Source: Octopus vulgaris (taxonomy: Eukaryota). Taken from it: DNA of 64,000 nucleotides. A model generated the notes under the pieces. It searched no databases and was not told the origin of the DNA. It was given only the letters and a program-made list of their open reading frames with translations. This document shows positions 53,093 to 64,000 of this stretch, piece by piece (the first letter of the stretch is position 1; the number at the start of each line of letters is the position of its first letter). A program made the translations under genes and the position numbers. The DNA is taken from assembly GCA_951406725.2 (NCBI GenBank), contig OX597839.1, forward strand, positions 37,262,001 through 37,326,000. Reading direction: 5' to 3'.

Positions 53093-53691
53093 ATTAGTGC
53101 CATAGAAAAAGAGTTAAAACAATGCTATTAAGAGAACATTAGAAACGGTGAGTCAGAAAAGTGAGAGAGGCGCTTGTGTAGATTAGGGAAGAAGCTATAT
53201 TTTGAAAGCAGAAATAGGTTGGTCGCAAACAAGAGGGAAAAGTTACAGCTGTTAAATAAATAAATTACACAGCTAAAGTACTTGGTTCCGGTGAGACAAT
53301 GCCATTTCTATATTTGGTAAACACAGGAATAATATATATTACCACACAAAGTAGGCTCAAAATATGAAAACCTTGTTTTATTGGTCAGGAACTCTCTAGA
53401 GCAAATAGTCATCTTTTTTTTTTCTTTTTCTTTTTCTTTGTATTTATTTATTTTTTATGCTAATGACCTGTAAAAATGTTAACGAAGCTGTTTATTGACA
53501 ATGAGAAACACTTATAGGTGCAGGCATGGATGCGTGCATAGGAAGCTCACTTTGCAGACATGAGGTCCCATGTTCAGTCCCACCTCTCAGCATAGAACTC
53601 ACGAGGGAAATTGGTGGAGAGGAAACCCCCAGCACTTCAGAATTTCAACTGTTACAAAGTAGTAGGAGTGTGTTGGTGAGGATGTAGTAGC

Positions 53692-53723
<32 letters not shown>

Positions 53724-54208
53724 AATAGTTAGAGAGAAGAAACAGTGTGTCTGTGAGACAGAGACGGTGGTAGTTGTGTGTTGGTGAGGGGGGGAAATGT
53801 TGTAGAAGTGGTAAAAGAGAGAGAGAGAGAGAAGATACAGTATTGGCAATGTTTTGTATATCTCTGAGGGTCACCAAGATAAACCCCGACGCCTTACATC
53901 TGCCATGACTGTGTGCCATTGTCTAGACATCTTGTGATGGTTGCAAATGAGCATCATCATCATTCAAGCAAGTTGTGAAGGATGGAGGAGAAGATATTAT
54001 TAAATGATTCATTAAAATCACAATTGGATGGTGCTTTTTACGTGTCACCGGTACGGGGCCAGTTGGGGCGGCACTGGCAATGACCACATTCGAATGGTTC
54101 TCTTACGTACCACTGGCACTGCAATTTCCATTTATGTTATATATTTATGTCATTTCCATATATATATATGTATATATGCATATATATATGTATGTATGTA
54201 TGTATATA

Positions 54209-54577
54209 TAGTAATCCCTCGGATCTTTTCACTTTCGTAGCCTGAGGGCAGATTTTTCTAGTTAACTAAATAATTTGAAACTTCGTATACTGGTAGAGTG
54301 TCTCAAAAGAAAACACTAGTTCCAACTTGTTTATTTGAGAAAAATCTATTGAGACGGAGTAAATAATATCAAGCCGAAAGACCGAATACTATTGGTTAAA
54401 ATTCTAATTACTAAACAATGTTAAACTTAGAAATTACAATTCCGTTTTCATTCTGGTTTACAATTAAGTTTTCTTTTGACACATTCTACCAGTATACGAA
54501 GTTTCAAATTGTTTGGTCAAGTAGGAAAAATTTGACAAATCAGGCTACGAAAGTGAGAAGATCCCAGTAGTATACTG
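54209..54577. mobile_element. MITE with ~100-bp imperfect TIRs (pogo/Tigger-like CAGT end)
   Basis: 54221-54312 pairs with 54471-54564; right end ...ACTG|TA. Confidence 0.75.
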
Positions 54578-54702
54578 TAATTTTTTTTTTGCTATTTTTA
54601 TAATTTGTATATATTTTATAATAAATGCAAAACACCATGAAGCAGCAATCCACGTAAGCTTAAATAATAAACATTGACAGGTGAACCGTGATATGGCAAG
54701 GA

Positions 54703-54739
<37 letters not shown>

Positions 54740-55461
54740 TATAAGGTATATCTAGGCAGTGTTGTGTTGTTATTGTTGTTGAGATGATTATGTGACTATT
54801 TCTTCCAGTATGTCCACAGTGACTGTGTTCCTCTTTGTTTCTCTTTGTTGAGAAAGACTTACCACACCTACGCTGAGAGATTGTCTCAGGCTTTCTCAGT
54901 CGTGGAGACAGTAAATGTCTGGTGTGGTGGGAGAAGTTTAGATTACGTGATTTGGTTTTTGATGATCTTGATAAGAAACGGTGAGATAGAAGACCATCTG
55001 ATACATGTCACCATGTGACTGATTGCATTTATTGCGTTTTTTTTTTTGGTTTTTTGGTGGGTGTGGGAGAGATAGAGTTACCCATGCCTCCACTGAGGGT
55101 AAGTCTCAGGTTTTCCCTTCTTAGTGCTGTGTGAGGCAGTGGATGGTCTGACAAAAGATACATGCATTGATTGTGGCTGTGTTTCTTCTGTTGAGAGAGT
55201 CACGCATATTAACAAATCTCCACTGAAAGTGAATCCTCTCATGATCTTATTTCATGAAAGCAGCAAGTACATATCTGGCATAATGACATCATGGTGAGGA
55301 GATTGTGTTACCGTTCGTGAGTAAAGAGGGGCCATGACACAATGCTAATTCCTTCATGAAGGTGACAAGGTTATTTCAGTACAGAGGGGTCATGATGCAA
55401 TGCTAACTCCTTCACATGAGGTGACATGCTTATTTGAGTGAAGAGCAAAAGGGGCCCTTAA

Positions 55462-55680
55462 CCCTTTAGTATTTAAACAGGCCATATCCGGCCAAAATAT
55501 TTAATCTGTTTTATGTTCAAACTGACCAGATCCAGGCCCTCACACCTACCCTACAATGTTATTCTACATTAAGTAATTACACCATCAAGATCTTGAAGAT
55601 ATGAGATAATGCATGATTAATTCAAATCAATGGGAATCAATAAGCATTATGTTTGATTGAATAATCTGAACACTAAAGGG
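55462..55680. mobile_element. piggyBac-type MITE family B
   Basis: CCCTTTAGT...ACTAAAGGG TIRs; reverse complement of 60584-60802. Confidence 0.8.
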
Positions 55681-56274
55681 TTGAAATACTGTTGCGGATC
55701 CCCAATTCCTTTGTTGCCTGGACTCCCAAAAATCTTATATGAACCCTCAGAGGTTATTATATGGACTCCAGTCGAAACCGCTAATTGGGTTGTCATAAAT
55801 TCATTCACTTTTTCTCCTTCTTCTCTCCCAATCTTTTATCTTTTCTTATCTTTTCTTATACTTCACTCAATTCTAATTCCTTCCCATGAAGTGACAGGGT
55901 TATATGAGCAAAGAAGAGCCGTGACACCATTCTAATTCCTTAGCACAAGATGATAAAGTTACAATTCTATTGATGGAAGGTTAATGTCCTCTACAAGGAA
56001 GTGAGTGCAAGTATGACAAATGCAATGAAGAATTTTGGGAAGGAAACAATGTAAAATATATACTTTTATCTATCATTTTACTTGTTTCAGCCACTTGACT
56101 GAGGCCATGCAGGGGCACCAACTTTAAGGGTTTAATCAAACAAATTGACTTCAGTACTTTTTTTTTTTAAGTCTGGAACTTACGCTATCAGTGTCTTTTG
56201 CCAAACTGTTAAGTTAAAGTAAAGTAAACAAACACTGGCTGTCACACGGTGGTGGTGGCAAACACAGGCACATC

Positions 56275-56307
<33 letters not shown>

Positions 56308-56309
<2 letters not shown>

Positions 56310-56880
56310 CATCATCATCATCGTTTAACGTCCGTTTTCCATGCTAGCATGGGTTGGACGGTTCGACTGGGATCTGGGAAGCCAGGAGGCTGCACCAGGC
56401 TCCAGTCTCATCTGGCAGTGTTTCTACAGCTGGATGCCCTTCCTAACGCCAACCACTCCATGAGTGTAGAGGGTGCTTTTTACGTGCCACCTGCACAGGT
56501 GCCAGGCGAGGTTGGCAACGGCCACGATCGGATTGGTGCATTTTACGTGCCACTGGCACGAAAGCCAGTCAAGGAGGCACTGGCACTGGCCACATTTGGA
56601 TGGTGCTTTTTACGTGCCACTGGCACAGGTATCACAACTACAATTTCCATTTGATTTTCATTTTGATAGATTTGACTCAATAGGCCTCCTCAAACATAGC
56701 AGGTCGCCCTACAATCCAAGGTACTTTTGAATGGACTGGGGCTGGTTATGCGAAACAGGTGTAGGATACGACCGTGAACTCACTTTGTTTGCCGGGTCTT
56801 CGCAGTCACAGCATATCTCCAGAGGTCTCGGTCTTTCATCGTTGCCTCTGTGAGGCCCAACATTCGAAGGTCATGCTTCA
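56308..56880 (-). mobile_element. RTE LINE 3' end (ORF end KHDLRMLGLTEA..DRDLWRYAV plus 3' UTR)
   Basis: Homologous to 27910-28398. Shorter 3'-tail copies at ~9776-10031, 13860-14256, 15012-15200, 25415-25928, 30951-31337, 34567-34905, 37390-37815, 37930-38175, 60944-61415 and 62760-63020. Confidence 0.85.
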
Positions 56881-57617
56881 CTATCTACGCATATACATAC
56901 AATGGGCTTCTAAAATAGTTTCCATCCACCAAATCTACATACAAGGCATTGCTTGGCCCAGACCTATGGTAAAAGACTCTTGCCCAAAATACTGAGCAAC
57001 AGGATTGAACTCAAAACTCATGGTTGCAACCAGAACAATTGCAGTACATAAAGCAATAAAGAACATTAAGCATAAAAGCAACAACTATAAAGAAACTCAC
57101 CCACATTTTTAAACACCAAAAACTACTCTTACTCTTTACTCTTTTACTTGTTTCAGTCATTTGACTGCGGCCATGCTGGAGCACCGCCTTTAGTCGAGCA
57201 AATCGACCCCGGAACTTATTCTCTGTAAACCCAGTACTTATTCTATCGATCTCTTTTGCCGAACCGCTAAGTGACGGGGACGTAAACACACCAGCATCAG
57301 TTGTCAAGCAATGCTAGGGGGACAAACACACACACACACATACATATACATATATACATATACATATATACATATATACGACAGGCTTCTTTCAGTTTCC
57401 GTCTACCAAATCCACTCACAAGGCATTGGTCGGCCCGGGGCTATAGCAGAAGACACTTGCCCAAGATGCCACGCAGTGGGACTGAACCCGCAACCATGTG
57501 GTTGGTTAGCAAAACCAACAAAATATTGCTACGCAGTTGTGTATTGTACTTCATTATTTTATGAGAACTTGTATTTAGTTCTATTTTTCTAGATCACTAA
57601 ACTACACTACAGAAATT

Positions 57618-57649
<32 letters not shown>

Positions 57650-60583
57650 TATATATATATACATACATACATACATACAAAAAGACAGACAGATAGATTT
57701 CTGTTGTGTAGTTTATACATATCCACACTAAACATGCAAGGTGAAACAAGAGGAAGATAAGAGAACAGGGAAGGTGTAGGTGTGTGGTATGTGTGTGTGT
57801 GTGTGTGTATGTTCCACACATGCTATACATAGACTACACCCACTTTGTATACAAATGTTCTGATAAAGTTTGTAGTAACCATTTGAGAATGTAAACTTTC
57901 TTATTATTGTAGTGTGGGAATTACAAGAGAAAGAGTAGACAGGTGTCAGACCAGCTGTCTCCCTCAGTAATGTACGTTGGTCCTATCTAGAGATGACACA
58001 GACCGCAAGCCATTAAATTAACAGGGGCACCAATCACTATTCAAATGATATGGGGTCTCTCTTGTAGGGTCCAGATATGACAGAGGCACACTTAACTATC
58101 ATTACCTCAGCATACAGGGGCTAGTCATTGCCTGTTAGAAACAGCTCATTCAAATCATTTGAGCTCCCTCTGGTAGTGTCCAAAGATGACGGACACATTT
58201 ACCTCAACCTATAGGGGCCATCAGTACCTGTCAGAAATGTCCTGTTGAAACCATATGGGGTCTCTCTGCTAATATCCAGAGACTTGTCCTATCTTGCTAT
58301 TAGATCTTTTTTATCTTTATTTTTCACTTGCTTCAGTCATTACACTACAGGCCATGCTGGGGCACCAAATTCAAGAATGTTTAGTTGAAATGACCCTAGT
58401 ACTTATTCCATCGGTCTTTTTGTTTACATCACAGGGATGTAAACACACCAACACCAGTTGTCAAGAGCTGGTGGGGGACAAACAGACACAAAGACACACA
58501 CACATGCATACAAAAGGCTTCCTTCAATTTCTGTCTACCAAATCCACTCATGAGGCTTTGGTCAGTCCAAACCTATAGTAGAGGGCACTTGCCCAAGGTG
58601 CCACACAGTGGGACTGAACCCAGGACGTTGTCAGAAAGCAAGCTACTTACCACAAAACCATGCCTGTGAATATAAGCCACACCTATACCTATATTAATTC
58701 AATAGAGGCTCCAACCACTGGAAGGCACCAGCCCAAGTGATTAAGGTGTTGCATTCATGATTGTAAGATTGTGGTTTCGATTCCTGGACTGGGTGGTCCA
58801 TTATATTCTTGAGCAAAACACTTCATTTCATGTGGCTCCAGTTCATTCAGCTGTAAATGTGTCGCCCTTTCGTTCAGGATGAATGATGTGCTCTCAGTGA
58901 TTTATAAGCCATGGAAGCCAGGTAACTGGGCCCTGATGTGTCCTATAACTCAAGACAGTAATATCCAATCACTGCCTGTCAAAAAGCACTCCATTGAAAT
59001 CCTATGGGGTTTCTCTGGTAGCCAGAGAGGGCACAAACAGATACAGACAGACTAGTTTGCTAGGTTGAGTTACCTGAGAGACTATATAAAGACAGAACCT
59101 TCTTTCCCAAGATATGCAGTGGGATTGAACCTGATACCACATGGTTGAGATGCAAACTTTTTAACCGAAACAACACCAGGTGCACATGCAGCGGAGCTGA
59201 ACCTCAGTGTTTCAAATTAATGTTTCAGTTTAAATCTACAACCTTAATACTAGTCAAAGCAGGTCTTTAGTTTGGGCAACAGGTTGAATGCACTGTTTTG
59301 ATATCACCACCATCACCACCACCACCATTACTACTACTGCTACTTGGTCCTTAGTCCTTGGTTGGTTTAATGCCATCTGGTCCTTGGCTCTTCTTGCCTA
59401 CAATTTACCTGCAGATGTTCAAGTACCTAGGAGAGACTTCACAATACAAAAACACTGCCCTGCTTTTCCGCCTCCTCTTCTCTCAAATCTAGGTATCTGG
59501 ATTGCACATGCACTCACACACACACTGGGAGGGATTTCAAAGGTCACAAACACTCCTACTTCACCCCTCTTGTGTTTATAAGCATCACCCACATCAGTCA
59601 TGGGGGGGGGGGACTTCAAAGGTCATAAGCACCCCTCTTCCTCATTTTCTCTTATAAAAATAAAAAAAAACACAAAAGGTCAACACTATTCTATGGGAGT
59701 GATGAGGGGGAAAAAAGAACAGTTTTGCTAGAGTTGAAAATATATTATTGACATTGGATCATAACTAAAATAACTGACCTTAAACATTAATGAAAATCTA
59801 ATTACGATTTGGGGTTTGTTTTCTTACTTTTAACTGAATCATGTTTTTCTCTCATCTGAAACTCCAACCAGAAATAGAACATTATTTTACAGAAAGCAAA
59901 TGTTTTTACAACACCATACTACATGCTGTCTGTGCTAACGCCATATTGAATGTTGTCTTATCCAAACTTACATCATACAAGATATGTCTAAACCTTATGG
60001 ATTAATGTACTCTTCAACGGTCATTCTGCTAGCCAGGTACATTACATAGACTACTTACTAAGGGTATTCACCTAGATTTTCTGTCCTAACACCATTCTAC
60101 ATGCAGTCTGCACTAAAGCCATACTATACACACTGTACTAATACTACACTACGTACAAACTGTTTCAATCTCCCAATGCAGTTAGGAATCCATTGTCTTT
60201 GTTTCTTCCCGGATCACATTTCAAACATCATCATCATCATCATCATCAACAACACCACCAATGATATGAAACCAGACAGTAACAGTAAACAGCAACAAGA
60301 TGAACGAGATATCTCTGGTTATTTAGGATAAACCAACATCACTGATAAGAGATGTCTGAGGCTGGACCACAGATTATAAACCACATTCCATTAGCATCTG
60401 TTTTACACCACACACCCAAAGAAACTTCATCAGAAACACGGCTACAACAAATGATGTCATTTCTGACAATTAATCGCACACACCATTCTGCCATCCATCA
60501 CCAAACCCTCCACCAGTGTGTGTGTGTGTGTCTTTTATCTTTTACTTGCTTCAGCCTATGGCCATGCTGGGGCACCACCTTAA

Positions 60584-60802
60584 CCCTTTAGTGTTCAGAT
60601 TATTCAATCAAACATAATGCCTATTGATTCCCACTGATTTGAATTAATCATGCATTATCTCATACCTTCAAGATCTTGATGGTGTAATTACTTAATGTAG
60701 AATAACATTGTAGGGTAGGTGTGAGAGCCTGGATCTGGTCAGTTTGAACATAAAACAGATTAAATATTTTGGCCGGATAGGGCCGGTTTAAATACTAAAG
60801 GG
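60584..60802. mobile_element. piggyBac-type MITE family B nested in a SINE tail
   Basis: TTAA TSD on both sides; SINE sequence resumes after it. Confidence 0.85.
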
Positions 60803-63800
60803 TTAAAGAATTTTAGTCAAACAAATCAACCCCAGTACTTTTTCTTTTTCTTTTGTAAGCCTGGCACTTATTCTATCAGACTCTTTTGCTAAACTGCTAA
60901 GTTATGGGAGTGTAAATACACCAACTCTGGTTGTCAAGCAGTGATCATCATCATCATCATCGTTTAGCGTCCGTTTTCCATGCTGGCATGGGTTGGACGG
61001 TTCTACTGGGGTCTGTGAAGCCAGAAGGCTTCATCAGGCCCAGTCAAATCTGGCAGTGTTTCTACGGCTGGATGCCCTTCCTAACGCCAACCACTCCGTG
61101 AGTGTAGTGGGTGCTTTTTACGTGCCACCCGCACAGGTGCCAGACAGAGCTGGCAAACGGCCACGAACGGATGGTGCTTTTTATGTGCCACCGGCACAAG
61201 GGCCAGACGAGGCTGGCAACGGACACGAAACGGGGCGGTGCTGGCAATGGTCGCGAAACGGAAGGTTCTCTTACATGCCACCGGCACTGGTAACACATCT
61301 GCAATTTCCATTGATCGATTTCCATTCTGATCCTCACTTGCCTCAACGGGTCTTCACAAGTAGAGTTTCGACATGCCACCGGCACTGGTAACACATCTGC
61401 AATTTCCATTGATCGATTGGGGGACAAAAACCGACACACAGATATATACATATATATATATACCTATATGATGGGCTTCTTTCAGTTTCTGTCTATCAGA
61501 TCCACTAACAAAGTTTTTGCCAGGCCAATTGCTCAAGTAGAAAATGCTTGCTCAAAGTGCCACGCAGTGGGACTGAATCTAGAATCATGTGATTGGAGAG
61601 CAAAATTCTTACCACACAGTCACATCAAGAACAAATACTTTCCAGAAATGATGCAACATAATGGTTCTTTTGCAACAAAAAGCAAAAAAAAAAAACATCA
61701 GGCATTCCTTGAAACAACTTTTTTGGGTGTAACTCTGCAAAAATGTGAAAAGGTGATGTTTCACAGTATTTCGTAGATCTGTCACAAGTTAAATAAAGAA
61801 TATTAACCAAAAATAGTTTTGAACCATTGTTGAGTCATCTGTACTGTTCATGTAAGATTTGGACGAATTTGGTCAAAAATGAAGGATTTAAGGGCAAAAA
61901 ACCAGTTTTCTACTCAGTTTTTCACAACTGTTGGTCATACACGGATGGTCAAACCAACCAACCCATGCCAGCAAGGACAACGGACATTATATGATGATTA
62001 TAAACTCACACACATGAGCATACATATCACAACACAATTAGTTATTATGATACATTATTATATTAATTAGCGCAGTATAAATCAATAATACATACACGCA
62101 GGGCAAGCCAAAGATCAAGAAGCGAGCCACAATAACATTTGTACATTTAGAGAAAAATTACATGCATATATTGATCACATCTTTCTCATGATTACATTAG
62201 TTATTTATTTCATTTGATATTTTTACTGTTTAGGTAATGGCTAGAAGGTTCTTTTGCCTGTGTGTTTTTTTTTGTTAAAACTGATTCTTTTATTTATTTA
62301 GACAACACTGAGGAGTGGTGTAGAGATAATGTAAACAATATTGTGGGCAAATTCAGAAAAGAACATCTGCACATCATCATCTGTTAATATCCATGTTCTA
62401 TACCAATAAAGATTGGACTAATGTTATAAATTGGATTAAACTAAAGAATAAGAAGGGACAGAAAGTAAAACAAGATAAGTAATGAGGGCCAGAAGTTCAT
62501 GATGTTTAATACATACGAAAGAAGACAAGAAGACGGAAAAGAACAGGACAAGAATCATAAAGAGGAAATGAGGCACAGACACACTTTCAGGAGTAGAGTT
62601 GGTGGATTCCAGGACACGTGGAACTTTTGAAGGATGCGTCCTGACAGATGCGTCCTGACAGATGCGTCCTGACAGATGGCAACTAATGCGAGAATGAAAC
62701 AACATTAATCCCTTAGCATTCAGATTGCTCGTTCAAATGGAATGCTTATTGATCCACAACATCATCATCATCATCGTTTAACGTCCGTTCTCCATGCTAG
62801 CATGGGTTGGACGGTTCGACCGGGGATCTGGGAAGCCAGAAGGCTTCACCAGGCTCCAGTCTGATCTGGCAGTGTTTCTACAGCTGGATGCCCTTCCTAA
62901 CGCCAACCACTCCGTGAGTGTAGTGGGTGCGTTTTACGTGCCACCTGCACAGGTGCCAGGCGAGGCTGGCATCGGCCACGATCGGATTGGTGCATTTTAC
63001 GTTCCACCGGCACGGAAGCCATTGAATTAATTATGCAATACCTTGTAGCTTCCAGATTTTGATGATGTGATTGTTTAGTTTCAGAATGACATTGTAGGGT
63101 AGGTGTGAGATGCCAAATCCAGCCAGTTTGAACATAAAACAGGAAGAATACTTGATATCATCATCATCATTTAACATCTGTTTTCTATGCTGGCATGGGT
63201 TGGATAGCTTGACAGGAGCTGACAAGACCAGGAGCCACACCTGGCTCCAGTCTGCTTTGGCTTGGTTTTTACACCTGGATGCCCTTCTTAATGCCAACCC
63301 CTTTACAGTGCACTGGGTGCTTCTTATGTGGCACCATCACCAGTGCCTTTTATGTGGCACATTTAAATGCTAGAAATGTTGAAGACAAATATGTTTATGC
63401 TAAAATGTTTTTATTCAGTTTTTTCTCTTAGCCAAAAGGGAAATCAGTGCCTCTGGCTCTTTATAAAGCCTGAGTCGAGTGGGTGGACAGGTGAGAAGTT
63501 CAATACCATACTGAGGTGGATGGAATACTAAAGTGGTCCGAGCTAAGAGATTTAGACAGAAATATTTGTGGGAAGGGGTTTATAGAGAAAGGTCTGTCGG
63601 GGAAGGCTTCGAAGACTGAGACGAGAGCATTTAGCAAAGTAGAGCATTAATGAACTACTTTACATTCCTCCTTGTTATGTTAGTTGAGTAAAATGTAAAT
63701 AACGGGCTTAGAATAATTAAACACTTCACAGACCATAATTCACAATGTGCCAGAAAGAATGCACACACAATATATATGTATATACACACACACACACATA

Positions 63801-64000
63801 TATACATATATTATACAGCATTGCAGGCATGTATGCCCACTTAGTGGGGGAAAAGGACAACAATGAAGGAGAGATTTATGCAGTAAGTGGTTGAGATGGG
63901 GTTGGTTGAGGTGCTTAGAGTATGTGAGAGCTCTTGATAAGGTACAGAATGATCGAGGTAAACTTGACATAAAAATCAACAGTTTACAAGCTTATAAAAA

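Noticed and set aside
53100-64000. Scattered splice-donor-like motifs and short ORFs
   Set aside because: No conserved protein motifs or phase-consistent exon chain; a lncRNA or a long intron cannot be excluded.

Overview
Repeat-dense, AT-rich animal genomic DNA. The microsatellite load and SINE/LINE types suggest an octopus or other coleoid cephalopod; this is an inference, not a database result. Two spliced minus-strand genes can be rebuilt by hand with phase-consistent GT-AG introns. REV1 (Y-family deoxycytidyl transferase) has 12 coding exons from ATG 18246 down to 1515, about 790 codons, and continues off the left edge. TAF10 has 4 coding exons (41690-25219, 137 aa) plus probable 5' UTR exons. 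One tRNA-Thr(TGT) lies at 48856-48928 (-). The rest is mobile DNA: RTE, CR1, CRE-like and L1/Tx1-like LINE remnants, several tRNA-derived SINE families, mariner/Tc1 relics, hAT-, piggyBac- and Tc1/mariner-type MITEs, Helitron-like elements, and long simple repeats. Nearly all supplied ORFs are artefacts of these repeats. The most notable hidden signal is about 9 type I hammerhead-ribozyme motifs from at least 4 sequence families, some with non-standard cores, 8 of them on the plus strand (opposite to both genes). Inverted repeat pairs also bracket REV1 exons and are candidate dsRNA/A-to-I editing or circRNA substrates.
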